Shown: one piece after another, positions 1 through 13,900 of the stretch
Numbering within the stretch: position 1 is the first letter of the stretch
How the letters are laid out: each line of letters starts with the position of its first letter
NCBI GenBank assembly: GCA_964016885.1
Contig: OZ024743.1
Coordinates: 303,552,001-303,616,000, forward strand
DNA from: Eledone cirrhosa
Taxonomy: Eukaryota
Direction: 5' to 3'
Length of the DNA stretch: 64,000 nt
The notes under the pieces: generated by a model
The model's input: the letters and a program-made list of their open reading frames with translations, nothing else
Told to the model about the DNA's origin: nothing
Databases searched by the model: none
Program-made: the position numbers and the translations under genes

Positions 1-25
1 CATCGCGTACCATTACATTAGGAAA

Positions 26-120
26 TTAACTTTGCCTTTCATCCTTACGGGGTCGATAAAATAAAGTACTAGTAATGTCCTGTGTAATTTCTGGCCTTGT
101 GCCAATAGTAGAAACAATTA
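26..120 (+). mobile_element. SINE 3' fragment (central conserved domain plus tail)
   Basis: TTAACTTTGCCTTTCATCCTTACGGGGTCGATAAAATAAAGTAC...CTGGCCTTGTGCC..TAGAAACAATTA recurs at 16725-16857. It resembles, from memory, the conserved central domain of mollusc tRNA-derived (Meta-type) SINEs. Confidence 0.65.
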
Positions 121-719
121 CATTAGTTAAATATCATTCTTTCATCTGATACAACACAATAAAGACTAAAGTGTTTAAAAAAAAAAGAATTTATGTTTAA
201 GTCAAAAAAGAAAAAGAATTATATCCAGTATTTCCAAATACATTCTTACATAGGTATATAACAGTGTCAACCACATATATATTGTGTTTATATATATATG
301 TTTGTAGATTTATATATATATATATCTTGTATATATATATGTATATGTATACACACACACATTCAACACAGAGTAGAGAGTTTGACAGCAGGTCGGTGAC
401 TTTAGTCTAGATAGGGTACGACATGTGTAAATGTAAATGTGGTGGTAGGGAGAGAGTGTAGACGTGATTGTGGTACGGGGGCAGTGAGATGTATCTAGTT
501 CATTTGTCCGTTTTCTTCTCTTTGCAAAATGTGAATGTTAGCCATGTTATATTGAGATGTACGTAAATGTAAAATGTAAAATATAAATAAGGATTGCTCT
601 GCTAAAATATATGAAAATATTTGTGTAATTTCCACTAACTTCTGTCGTGACATTCCCGAGTCTAGTGACCAAAAAATTGTTGTATTTTGATGTTTCAGAA
701 AATAAAAATTAATTAAAAA

Positions 720-3700
720 CTTACCCCAACAGGAATGAACTTATGGTGGCTGCTGGGATGTGTAATCGAGGAGGGGACAGACACTACCCTCCTGGATATC
801 AAAAGGACAGAGAGAGAAGACTGGTACGGAATGGATTTGGAGATTCTTCTCCAAATGAACCTGGAGGACATGAACAACATCCTGGATTTCCTGCAGGACG
901 GGACAACAATCCAACTAATCACTAAGGGAAGAGGCCACACTGCTTCGTATGCAGGGAAGCAACGCATCTTCAATCCTTCTGCCCTCAGCGCAAACATGTA
1001 GGGGGTTGCAAACCTCCTTTGTTCCCAACGCCAGTGCCAGCACGGAAAGCTGCACCACTACCACCAAAAACAACACCAACAAAGACACGGACATCAACAT
1101 CAAAAACAGCCGGACCACCACCATCACCGACACCAATCCAGGGGAAAACGAGGAAAGCTCTCCCTTTCCCACTATCCTCCCCCAATTATACACATAGACA
1201 AAACAATAAACGTACACACAGACACAGATACACTTACAGGAACAGGCCCTTTGTCTTTGAGCAGCGAAGATGAAGGAAAACCCAAAAGTGCAAAAAAACA
1301 GAGAAAACTCACCAAAAAAAAGCCCCAACAAAACACAAAAACATACACAACAAAAAATACATACACCACTAACGCAAACAGTTCCCCAATAACATCACCA
1401 CCAACAGCAACATCCACACCACCCCCACAATCCCCGAAACGCAAACAACCTAAACAAACACACAAATATCTGAAATTGCAGACACCACACCAGCAACAAA
1501 CACAGACATACCCGAAACAACACCACCAAAACCATCACCACCACAGTCACCAAAACGAAAACAAATAAAACCACACCAACAAAATGTTAAAGACTCGTGC
1601 TAGTCAGAAGGGCCAACGATAAACTGATGGTCCTCTTAGCACGAAGCGAGGACATTCAAACAGAGGGGGTGAATTTTTAAATGAGCACATTTTGCGTGAC
1701 AGAAGATTTGCTTCTCGTCCGAATATCACTCGATTCTTTCAAAGAAATTCGAGAGAGCTTTCCTCAAGACGTGGGAACCCCGAATGTGAAACCCACATCG
1801 AGACTTTTAAAGGAGTTCCCAAAAGAAACCCCACCAACCATGGAGGTCGAACGACCCGACCTTCACAAGACCCCGGGAGGTAAGTAAACCTACCTTATCT
1901 CTTTTAGCTTGCCAACATGGCCATATTAAGAGTAGGTAATTTAAATGTTCGCGGCCTGGGGTCACTCTGGAAGCAGGGTCGCCTGCTCAACGACCTCAGG
2001 ACGCTGGAAATGGATGTGATTGCCATCAGCGAGACCAGAATTTCCGACACGCGCGCACTAGCCCCCAGTTTCGACGACTATCAGATCTTCGCATCTGTTA
2101 GCAGGCCGATAATGGGAGGTGTGGTGGCAGTGCTGTTTAGGAAAGGACTGGATATCGAGGTAAGGTCGATCTTCCGGGACCCGGACGGTAAGTTGATGGT
2201 CTTGGATGTGAGCAGTAGCAAAGGTGGTGCCTTTAGACTGCTGGCCGTCTACGCCCCTGCAGGGGCCGGACGACCGGACCTCTTTAGTAGCCTGGAGACC
2301 TTTCTGGGTACGTCTCGCCCTTTACTGTTAGCGGGCGACTGGAATGGCATTTTAGACGCACGCTGGGAATGTGTGGGGTTAGCCGATAGGAGAGGGGGGT
2401 GCAAAAAGCCTCAAACATTACTCAGCCAGTTCCAACTGTATGACAGGTATCGACTAGATTTCACCAATGTGCCAGTATGGACATGGACCAACCGAATGGG
2501 GTCATCTAGATCGTATATAGACAGGATCTTCATTAGGAAAATAGATAGAAATAGGGTAGGCTGCCCACTTTTTGAAACGGTCGCCTATTCAGACCACAAA
2601 ATTGTGATCTTACGGTCGACCTAGATATAACGCGTAGGTTAGGACCGGGTTACTGGAATCTGAACATATCATTTCCGGCACGTAAAGCCTACAGGGACCG
2701 AGTCAACAATTTAGTTAAGCAAAAGTTGACAGGGGGTATCATCAACAACATGTGGTGGGGGGCTCTCAAAAGAGATGTTAGAGTAACTTCGATAGAGTTC
2801 AGCAAAGAACTAGCGTTAGAGAAAAATAGAAAGGAGGGGGAGCTGGTAGATAAGTTAGTCGAGGCTATTTGTAGTGGCATTGCAACTGATGTGCTAGCGG
2901 CGAGAATGGCATTGGACTATTTCTTCAATGCGAAACACGAAGGTTGCATTGTCAGAGCTAAGACGCGTGCGCTGAGAAACGAGGGAACCAAAGCTGTTCG
3001 ATGAGCCCGCGTGGAGGAGGCGCAGCGTGGTAATAAAACCACAATTCGATCTTTGGCGGACCGAGACGGACACGAGATAAGCGATTCTAAGCGGATGTGT
3101 GAGGCCTTTCGCCAGCACTTTGCTCGGTTGTTCGGGGAAGTGGCGAGTTCAGAGAGAGTAGCGGATTTCAGTCCCTACCTTGACGGCTTGCCGCGCATCT
3201 CGACGGTCGATGCTGAGCGCTGCGAAAGGCCGATTACTTCAGCCGAAATTCAGGACGCTCTGGTCGGCTGCATGAGGCGCAAGTCACCCGGTTTGGATGT
3301 CCTGCTACGTAAATATGCCAGACTTGTTTCTCCAATCTCCTCGCAGCACTCTACTGCAACTGGCAGCAGAACTGGGAATTCCCAGTTCTGTGAGCAGGGG
3401 AGTGGTTACTCTGATAAGGAAAGTCGAGAACAAGAGGGATACTTTAGACAAATTCAGGCCCATAACTCTGCTCATCACAGAGTTTAAGATTTTGGCCACG
3501 GTCTTAGCAAAGAGATTGGCGCTTGTCGTCGATGATTTGGTTGGGGAGTCGCAAACTTACGCAATCCCAGCCAGGTCCATACACGACAATCTCCACCTCA
3601 TGCGATACATAATAGAGAGAGTAGTGTGTAAACCTGGCTTCCGGGGAGCACTGATCAATTTAGATCAATCGAAAGCATTCGATAGGGTCGATCATCGGTA

Positions 3701-5611
3701 TCTGGAATTTGTCCTCAAAGCAGCTGGCTTCGGCCCTGTCTTCAGAAGCTGGATCGCTGCAATGCACAGCGGTACACGCTCGGTGGTCAAGCTTAATGGC
3801 CACCTCTCGGAACCAATTTAGCTCTCCCGATCGGTCCGTCAAGGGTGCCCTCTCTCTTCCCTTCTGTACGTATTGACTCTCGAGCCGTTACTGCGGAGGC
3901 CGGAGCTGTTGCAGGGCTCCCGCTCGAGCAGAGACGTGGAAGGGTGGTATCGGCTTATACGGACGACATCAACATGATGGTTTCGAACACATCAGCAATC
4001 GAGGTGGTCGGCACCTTATTGAAGGAATATGAAAGGTTGACAGGAGCCAAACTTAACCCGGGAAAGTCGGTGGGCTTTCAGCTCGGAGCCTGGAGAGGCA
4101 AGCCCATGCCGTCCAACAGCGTCGTGGGGTGCAGGACGGACTGACCGGTAAAGTTGTTCGGAGTTTGGTTCGGACCAGACCTCCAGGTGTAAAAGAATTG
4201 GGGCGAGGTAACGAGCAGAGCAGCCAGCCTCACCCAAAAATGGGCTGGGAGGAAGCTATCAGTGAATGGTCGCGCGGAGGTGGCGAATGCGTACATCGCG
4301 TCCGTCATCTACTACCGCCTGATCGTCGTGCCTTGCCCGAGTCCGCGCCTCGTCAAGTTGGAACGGCTCCTCTTCAAATTCTTGTGGAGGGGACAAGTTC
4401 CGTTGGTGAGGCGGTCCATCTGCTGCCAGCACCCTCTACTCGGAGGGTTGGGCATGCCGTGGTTAATGATGCGCGGATATGCGGTGAGGCTGCGCCATCT
4501 CCAGATATTCTGCCTAAACGGTGAACATGTGTGGTCGCCGTTTATCAGACGAACCTTTCCGCTGCTCATTTCATTGACTGAGCTGTAGTCCTGGGTCAAG
4601 AAGAGACCGAGACTGGCAGACTGGCACCTGGAATGCTGCCAGTCACTCACCAAGCGTGCAATGCGATCAGTGGAAAATCCACTCTCGAGTTCTATAGAGG
4701 ATTAGTGATGGGCGAGTGCGATGACGCACTCGGAGAAGATGTGGGCCTCGACAAAGTAGAACTGACCAGTCAGTACCGGAGGACTTTCGAGCCTGAGACG
4801 ATGGACAATTTCCAGAGAACCCTCACTTGGCAATGCTACCGGGGGGCACTGCCGGTTCGGGATAAACTCTACAGGCACGGAAGTGCTGTCAAACGGACCT
4901 GCCCAAGATGCGCACAGAACGACTAAACGGTTCTGCACGCACTTGTCCAATGTCCGTGCATTATTGACTTTGGAGTTATGTCGAACAGCTACTGTCCGTG
5001 CGGAACGAATCCGGCTATCGGCCGAGTCCATAGTGAAGATCGACCCGCCGCCTCCCTTAGGTCAGGAAGAGCAGGAATGTTTCCTCATTCTGGTGGCAGT
5101 TGCGAAAGAAGTTATATGGTCACCAGATTAAAAGGACTGAAGAAAAACACTTTTCTCTTCGGCCAATCCCTCATCAACTTCTTCAAGTTTCACCTGGAAA
5201 GGAAGGTGAAGGTGGAGAGAGAAGTGCTGCCCCCCAATACATTTGCTAAATGATGGATGTATGTGGCGAGAGTGGATCGTGTGAATGGCTCGTCTGACAA
5301 TGCGCCTATAGGCTAGCTAAATTGGGGAGTGGGGTGCTCTCCCTGGGTCGCTAGAAGCGCAGGGTGGTTCAGGATTGGTGGGGTACCCGAGTCACCCCAG
5401 GGTCATCCAGCCCCTGTCGTGGAATGTATTTTGTTTTATTTATGCATAGTTTATTTTATATTTTTATATCTTCATTGTTAAATTAGTCTTGCCATTGTAC
5501 ACTTTTACTCGACCTTATTGTAATCCCCCACTGTCCCTGTCTTCGTATTGTCCCCTACATGTCGGCCCTTGTGGCTAATAAATGAAATCATTATTATTAT
5601 TATTATTATTT
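720..5611 (+). mobile_element. Tx1/L1-clade non-LTR retrotransposon copy 1, 5'-truncated and degenerate
   Basis: ORF1 remnant with zinc knuckle CFVCREATHLQSFC (941-982). ORF2 starts at ATG 1917 with APE motifs (NVRG, GDWN, YIDR, SDH), RT fragments (FRPITLL, DQSKAFDRV, YTDD) and C-terminal CPRC; it has many stops and frameshifts. The 3' UTR ends AATAAA..GAAATC followed by (TTA)n at 5589-5611. Confidence 0.92.
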
Positions 5612-5971
5612 CCATTTATCTTGCTTTATGTTCATACGAGTTATTACCAAGTCACAACCAGTAACCTCAAGAGACACAAGGTCCGCCATGTTCAAGAAAG
5701 AACATACATACACACACATGCATCATTAGGTGTTTAGACTTGTGATGTACTTATATTGACATAATCTTCCTTACTATATGGGCAGTTCCCATGAGTACTA
5801 TCTTTTGTATTTCTCCTATACGTGGGTTTCCTGGGATTTGCGATAAGTAATCATTAGACCCCTTAGGTATCATTGCTATAGCGCCTACAACCACTGGTAT
5901 TGTTTTAGTACTCAATTTCCACATTTTTCCAATTTCTATCTCCAGGTCCTGATACTTGCTCAATTTTTCAA
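5612..5971 (-). mobile_element. 3' fragment of R4/Dong-like (RLE) non-LTR retrotransposon
   Basis: ORF 5751-5963 (KYQDLEIEI...IPVVVGA...QKIVLMGTAHIVRK) parallels the C-terminus of the 6201-7103 ORF; its 3' end abuts (TAA)n on the minus strand. Confidence 0.8.
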
Positions 5972-6138
5972 TTGGGGAATTTTTCTTTGTTACTTTATTA
6001 CATCCTCTGTTTTTTTTTACACGCAGAAATGCTCATTTGTACCGTCCTGCATTGTCCTGTACTGTCCTTAATGTCTAATTTATGTAAACCCTTGTGGTTA
6101 ATAAAGAAAACATTATTATTATTATTATTATTATTATT
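5972..6138 (+). mobile_element. Short 5'-truncated 3' end of the Tx1 copy-2 subfamily
   Basis: Closely similar to 16565-16722 (TTACATCCTCTG...ACACGCAGAAATGC...TTGTGGTTAATAAAGAAAAC), with a (TTA)n tail at 6112-6138. Confidence 0.85.
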
Positions 6139-9100
6139 CCTTGAATCTCAGTCATTGATGTTAGTTAACTGGAAAGTCCGTTGGAATGAATATCAAGCCA
6201 CTACCTGCAGCCTAAGATGTTCAGGACGTATCGGAGGGTTCTTGCTGTTCCCAGCAAGCATGCCTTTTGAAGCGTTCCATAAAGCGTGAAGGGGCCGATT
6301 TTCTTTAACCATCCCTGGAAACTTTTGGAGATAGTCCCCAGTGCGCCTATGCCAATCGGGATCACTTTGACTTCATGGCAGTTCCAAATCCTTTTTACCT
6401 CCCACTTTAAGTCCTGGTATCGGTTAATGTTCTCCCTCTCCTTCTCTTGCACTCTCGTGTCGAATGGGCAGGCCACATCCACAATCAGACACGATCTTTT
6501 TTCTTTGTCCACAACCACCAGGTCAGGTCTATTGTGTTCCAGTTTCTTGTCCGTCTGTATCCTAAAATCCCACAGCACCTTCACCTGATCGTTCCCCATC
6601 ACCGCCTCTGGCTTATGCTCATACCATTTCTCAGAATGTGGTAACTTGTTTACTTCGCACAGGTGCCAGTGTATCACCCTGCCCATCACATCATGTCTCC
6701 AGCCCTTATAGTGGGTCTGGCCTAGGTGTTTACACTCGGATACAATGTGAGCCACAGTCTCCTCTCTCTCTCCACAGATCATGCACGGTTGGCAAGCCTC
6801 CTCCTTGTAAATATGGTGTTTCAACCACTTCGTTTTGAGGGCCTGCACCTGCGCAGCCATTAACATTCCTTCTGTAGCCTTTTTGAGGTCTCCTCTTCTC
6901 AACCTGTCCCATGTCCGTGGATCTCTAAATTCAGTTTTCTCAAAGAAGGTACTATGAAGGGATTTTCCCTGAAGGCTGCTCTTTCTCCTTGATGCTATTT
7001 CCTCCTTGCACATCCCCTGGCCTATTGACCCCTCCTTCAGTACAGTTCTGAGCATTGGCTCCTTACTATCAGTCACGTATTTGTGTAGGTTGTTTTTCTC
7101 CATCTGAACACAGTCCTCTATGCTGATAAGAACTCTTCCACCCTCAGATCTCCTTAGGTAGACTCTATCGACATCACTCCTCTTGTGGACATGTTGTAGA
7201 TAGTCAATAGCTTCCTAGTCTTCCTATCCATTTCTTTTTGTTCAGCAACATTCCATCTCAGAATTCCCGCACTGTTCTTAATAATAGACACAGCTCGGGA
7301 ATTTACTGCGCTTATGGCATTTCTGCTGTTCAGATGTGACTTCAATACGCTCCTTACTCTCCGAATGTACTCAGTTCTTAACAATTCCTTCATTTTTTTT
7401 ATTTGTTATGCCATCAGCCTCCAGAACGCCCAAATATTTGTATCCTTCCTCAGAGTCAATTTCCTTTATCATCTCACCTGTTGGTATCTGGATTCCGTTA
7501 CTTCTGCTAAACCTACCCCTCCTCATCACAATGACTCCACACTTACTAATACCAAACTACATCCATATATCACTGCTGAAAATACGGACAGTGTCAACAA
7601 GCACATCGAACTCCTTCTCACTCTTCCCGAAGAGCTTAAGATCGTCCATGAAGAGAGGGTGATTGATGGTAAGCTCTCCCTTTCCCAACTTGTATCCTGC
7701 TCTCACTTTCCGCAGCATAATGGTCAGGGGCATCAGGGCAAGGACAAACGACAGAGGGAACAGTCTATCTCCCTGGAAGATACCTCTCTTGATCTTCACG
7801 CTTCCCAAGGATTCTCCAGTTGATGTCAACTCTGTTTCCCAGTATCTCATACTCCTGCCCAGCAACTGTCTGATGTTATCTGCCACCTTGAAGATCTCCA
7901 GGCTTTTGGTGATCCAAGAATGAGGCACCATGTCAAATGCCTTTCTGTAGTCTATCCATCCCATGGCAAGATCAGTGTGTCTCCTCCTGCAATTCCCCAT
8001 TACCATCTTATCAATAAGTAACTGGTCCTTTGTACCACGTTACTTCTTTCGGCATCCTTTCTGTTCGTCCGGTAACAAGTTGTTTGTGTGGAGGTGATGG
8101 TAGATTTCCAGAGACACAATGCTCGTCAGCAGTTTCCACATTACGGACAGACATGTGATAGGTCTATAGTTGGTAACATCATTACCCTTGATTCGGTCTT
8201 TCATTATCAGAACTGTGGTACCTTTTGTCAACCACTCTGGTACCTCACCTGACATCAAGCAGTCATTGAACATGGTTGTCAGTTTCGGGTGGAGGGATGT
8301 TAAATTTTTAATCCAATACCCCTGCACACCATCTGGGCCTGGTGATTTCCAGTTGGTTAGTTTTTTGTCCTGCCTCTTAAGAGTTTCAACTGTGATACTC
8401 AAATCAGTTTGTTGGTGTGCCTGCTCACCGATCTCCCTCTGTACTGTCTCAATCCACCCTGCCTGGTCATTATGTCTAACATCCTGCTCCCATATTCCTC
8501 TCCAGAATGTTTTAGTTTGTTCCGCCCCAGGGATCAATCGTTGCCTCTTTCTTTCCCATCAAGCTGTCCAAACAGCATCTTCTGGTTGTTGTCGAACATG
8601 CGGTTCTGTTTATACTGACTGACTCTGTTCTCGTATCGCCTGATTTTTGCACTCTTTACTACAAGGCGTTGCTTCAGTTACACTATGATAATATTTAGCT
8701 TTTTCCTCCTAGTTTTGTACTTTATTTCCAGTCTATTTTTAGTGCCTATGTTTTTTAGTGTCCCATTCACTAGTGACTCAATCTTTCCAATGTCATTTCT
8801 CATTTCCCTGATTTGACCACTCAGTCGTTTCTTCCACCAAGGCTCTGCTCTTTCTTGTCTGTTGTTTCCTCTCGCTTTTATACCAAGTAGTTTCCTCACC
8901 GTATTTGCTGTTGCTTTGAGGATATTGTTGCACTGGTGAAGGCTCCTCGCCTCAAGGTATGGGATGACTTTGTTTAACTTAGCTATTGTTTCTTTTAACT
9001 TTTTCCTGTCTACAAATCTTAGGTTCATAGGTCTCCCACTATCATTGTTCAATTCATCTACCACTAAATTTAGGATGTCAACCGAATCTTGTCCTAGCCC

Positions 9101-9700
9101 GTCAGCATTCATCTCCTCAGTGGCCGTATCTCTGTTCCATGTATTGTTTATCTCAGTATTCAGATCTTTGTCTGCTTCGGGTGGTTCCTCCGTTCTCTCG
9201 ACCTCCTCACCTTCATTTCCCACTGGCTCGTTTGCCTGGCATACTCCACCCTCCATCTCCAAGCTAATCTCTCTGTTCAGTTCCTCCAGTTCCAGCTCGC
9301 TTAACCACCCATTAGTTCTTATTACCCGAGCCTGCCCGGCCAATTTTTGTTCATCTAATTTAAATAGACCAATCTCGTTCCAGATGTTATGCATCCGTCT
9401 CCTATAGCCTCTCTCCTTGGGGTTACTTTTCAGGTAACATTGCATAACAGTTCTATTCAATTCTTTAGTCCAGTTGGTTCTGGTCCCTTTCCTTCTTCTT
9501 CTTCCTCCGACACCAGCAGTATTTGGTTGACAGCCAGGTCCCTGCTGCTGAGCCAGGGAGCACCTGTTGTGTGAGACTCTGTCACATGACGTTCTAGTCT
9601 CCATTTCACTGTTATTCGAACTGTTTAGGTTCGATATTTAAACACTCTTATCGAGGATTGGCGAATGTATGGTTACATAACCATCTGTGGATTCACCGTC
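6139..9700 (-). mobile_element. Near full-length R4/Dong-like RLE non-LTR retrotransposon, frameshifted
   Basis: Collinear minus-strand ORF pieces. 9604-8678 has an N-terminal WTKELN...GYRRRMHNIW motif. 8537-8040 has WKSPGPDG, NYRPITCL, EQKG. 8006-7557 has [22 protein letters not shown]. 7103-6201 has the CCHC CMICGEREETVAHIVSEC, RHD, the PD..D..K RLE motif and IGALG. The 3' end abuts (TAA)n. Confidence 0.9.
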
Positions 9701-10059
9701 TCCGGTGTTTGCGCCGCTCCACTTGGCTCTTGTATGACATTATCACCACGCTGTAGACGAACACAAATAAACAAACAAACACACAGGCAGAAAAAACCCA
9801 AACATGAATAAGCATAAGTTTCACTGTAATGTAGCGTTCGAATGTCTGACTTAGTTTTTCCCTTCTCTTCTCTGTCCGTCCGCTTGTTTCTCTCTTCATT
9901 CTTATTTTCTTTACGTTTTTTTTGTTTTTGTTTTTTTCTCTGTTTGTTTTTCTCTTTTTTTTCTGTTGTTGCTGTGCTGCTTTGGTTTTGATGTTTGTTT
10001 TTTCTTTTTTCTTTTGAGTCTATCTATATATTTTGATGCCTTCCTCTTTTTTAGTAGGA

Positions 10060-10360
10060 ATTCTATAATGTGGTGGCAGCAACTAGCAGGAAGCAATGGA
10101 GAGAATAACGGCGGTAGCGATACTGAGAAAGTGGTGGTGGTGATGTGATCGTATTACTGTAGTGATGGTGTTATAGCGGTGGTAGCAATGAAGGAGTGGT
10201 GGCGGCGGTGATGGGATAGTGGTAGTAATGATGGCAGTGGTGGTGGTGATGTGGTCGTATTACTGTAGTGATGGTGGTGTTGTAGCGGTGGTAGCAATGA
10301 AGGAGTGGAGGCGGCGGTGATAGGATAGTGGTAGTAATGATGGATGGGCGGCGTTGTCAT
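10060..10360. repeat. Degenerate GTG/GTA-rich simple repeat with internal duplication
   Basis: GGTGATGTG(A/G)TCGTATTACTGTAGTGATGGTG...GGTAGCAATGAAGGAGTGG occurs twice (about 10137 and 10245). Confidence 0.6.
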
Positions 10361-10852
10361 AAAATCCCTTAATGTTGGAATTAAACATTTTGTTAAAACT
10401 TGGGACAATAATAATAGTATTTATTATTATCATTATATGTTGAGATTGGTTGTGGTGGTGGTGAAATTGCCGTTATCTGGCTGTTGTGTTTAGTGTACAC
10501 AGAGAGGTGATGGGGTAGGCGGTGTATCTAGTTTCTGGTGTTGGTGAGATTGGTGTTGTTTGGCTGTTCTATATAGTGTAGACAGAGGCGTGGGGGGGGG
10601 GGGGTTCTTCTTCTTCCATTTATAGCCATTTTCTTTTTTGAATATACAATGTACAATACAAAGTTGAATATTTGAATATTTGAGCCTTATAACAATATAT
10701 TTTGGGTCCGAAATTTTTTGGGGCTCAAGCCGGGTGCTTTACGTAGCATTTGTACTAAGAGTTGTTATTTCACAAATGATTTAAATATATTAAAAATTCA
10801 AAACTTACGGGAGCGATTTCATGACCTTCTACCACCTCGTGCGTCTTCTTCC

Positions 10853-10853
10853 C

Positions 10854-10923
<70 letters not shown>
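10853..10923. repeat. (TTA)n microsatellite
   Basis: Pure run of about 23 TTA units directly upstream of Tx1 copy 2. Confidence 0.97.
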
Positions 10924-13900
10924 GGCGACCTACTTAGTAAATCGTATTATCGTGAGCTCCGCAAAGGTTTCTTATTTTCAGTTGTTTAAAATTGCCATTA
11001 TTGGAATTTTTTTTATTGTTAGCTGTATATAAGTGCACGTACATTGTTTTCTGAAAAGGACACTCAAAAGGATTGAGCCCAAAATTTGAACTTTTATAAT
11101 TATCAAACAAAAATTATATTTCTTTGAAAAATCATGCCCGACTCACAGCTGAACCCAGTAGCTAAGAGCCTTCCTCACAAACTAACACCTCACACCGACA
11201 CCACCATTGTAAATATTACTACGTTTGCTAACACTAAAAATATAAGCTGTCGATATATTTTAAATTTGTCTCAGGCAGACATTCATTTCCCGCCATTACC
11301 AATGACTTCAGGTGTTGAAGCCGCAACCCCCACCACCACCACAGCGACAACAGAAACAAAAGAAAAAATAAATTAACTCGTGATATCGAAATTAATTCAA
11401 CCAAAATGAACTCTTCCACACCGAACAACACTGACACCACCACCACCACAACTGAAACTAAAATTAATAATAACAAAAATAACGATAACAACAACAGCAA
11501 CAATGAAATTAAGAAAACCATCCTGAGTTTTGCCAGAATAGCAAAAAAGTGCGAAACATTCCAGGTAACTCAGGAGGAATTAGAAGAAGCCAAAAAAATT
11601 GTAAAGAAAGATGGGTACATGGTAATACTCACCCCTACCTAATAAAATCGAGCATCGGCGCCTATGCACCGTGTCGTATAGGACGATTAACATAAAATCG
11701 CGCCGAGAGGAACAGGCATCCGAGTCCCAAATCCAAAAATCTTTGGGACATCTGTGGGCAAAAAAAACCCCACATCAGACGTGGGCAGAAATATGGAACC
11801 GTGGATGTGTTCTTTGAAACACTACAGGAGGCCAGAGAACACTCCTTGGCCTCATTAAGAAGTGACGACTTCACACTCGTCCCAAGTTATTGTGGCCAGA
11901 GACTCGTGAAGATCAGCGTGACCCACGTTCCACCGGCCATCGAAATTCCCTGGCTAATGGCTGCCGTCCTCGCCGACATCGAGGCGTACACAAAGATAAT
12001 CGAAATAGCGAAAGAAAAGCAGGAGAACTGGTCCGGATCTGGGATGTAGCTTCTGATCCAAGTGGACCAAAAAAGAATTGAGGAGATCCCAGAGGTAATA
12101 GACCTCACTGACGGCAGCCACCTCACCGTAATCGTCGAGGGCAGAGGCCTAGGTGTGTCGTTTGTGGTAAAGGAACCCACCTAAGGGCTTTCTGCCCTCA
12201 GACTAAAAGGTTGAGGCCACCTCTCTAACCCACCCCAATAACTCAACCTTCAACACCACCAGCAGCAGATATGGCAACAACAACTGTAGCAGCAACAACA
12301 GAAGAAACTGTAACAGCAACAACCCCAGCAACAGTAGCAAAACCAACACCACCACCATCCAACGCGCCAGAACTAGCACCAGCGCCTACACCATCCACCA
12401 CGCCACAACCAAAACCAACGCCTGTGGAGGATTTTCCACTCCCCGACCTAACGCAACTGGAGACAGATTGTGACGACGAGGAGTGGGAACCTGTATCAGA
12501 AAAAAAGAAAAAAAAAAAGAAACAAAAAAAAAATCCCCTTCCTTCCTCATCCAAAAACAAAATACAGAGGGATACAAATAAACTATGAAACAAAAAAGTT
12601 AGGAGAGCTATGCCACCATCCACACCAGCATCACCAACCCCATCAACACTAACACCAACACCATCACCATTATTAACCCCAACCCACCATCACCAACACC
12701 ACAAAAGTCACCAAAAAGCGAAACAGAAACAAACCCACAACATTCGCAAACAAACAAAACAACCTAAACGATACACATTACACAGCAATAAATTTGAACA
12801 ACAACCAATTATTACACTACATCCAACAGAACACCAGCATCACAGAAAAAGACTACACAACAACCCAAAAGTTCACACCTCCTCCACACATACAAATCAC
12901 TCGCATCACACAGAAAACGTACACGACACTAAAACAAAAATTCCCCAAAGACATCAGAGACTTCCTACAAGCACACTCCAGGAAGATCTATAAGGACATC
13001 CTCCGGAGGAGGCCAGAAGCAGTGAAAAGGATTGAGAGACCATCCTTCCTCTACGAGAAGTAAGGTAATTAGTCTTTCCCATCTTTTCCACTCCATTTCA
13101 ACATGACCTCACTCACAATAGGCAGCATAAATGCGCCTGCTTGGGATCGTCATGGAAGTAGTGCCACCTGCTCAACGACCTCAGGTCACTAAACATAGAT
13201 GTAGTGGCCATCAGCGAGACCAGAATCTCCGAAGCACGGGCCTTCGCACCGATCTTCGGCGGCTACGATGTGTACGCATCTCCCAGCCGTCCTGGATCGG
13301 GGGGAGGGAGTTGCTGTGCTTTTTCGGAGAGGTTTGGATCTCGCCATACGAGCCATCTTCCTGGAACCAGAAGATAAGTTGGTGGTGCTGGACGTGACCA
13401 GCGGAGACGGGCAAGCTTTCAGGTTAGTGGCCGTCTATGCCCCGACAGGAGCAGAGCGGCCTGATTTCTTCCGGCGTCTGGAGACCTTTCTTGGAACGTC
13501 CCGCTCTTTAGTGTTAGTGGGCGACTGGAAAGGATCTTAGATGCAAGCTGGGACTGTGTTGGATTAGCGGATAGGGGAAGGGGGGTGCAAGAGCCTCACC
13601 AACCTGCTCAGACATGACAGATACCGATTAGATTTCTCGAATGTGCCTATGTGGACTTGGACAAACCGCATAGGGTCATCCAGATCATATCTAGATAGAG
13701 TATTTTGTAGGGAAATAGATAGGTCTAGCATAGGCTGTCCACAATTCAAGAGAGTCAGCTACACGGAACACAAATTCGTGAACTGTGTGCTTAACTTAGA
13801 TAGGCTTCATAGACGAGGACTTGACTACTGGAAGCTAAACAGGTCCTTACCAGCGCGCAAGGCCTACATAGACCGGATTATCGAACTAGTTAAGCGGGCG

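Noticed and set aside
1880-1907. Micro-intron GT...TTTTAG joining ORF1 to ORF2 in Tx1 copy 1
   Set aside because: Only 28 nt, and copy 3 has no AG in its spacer.
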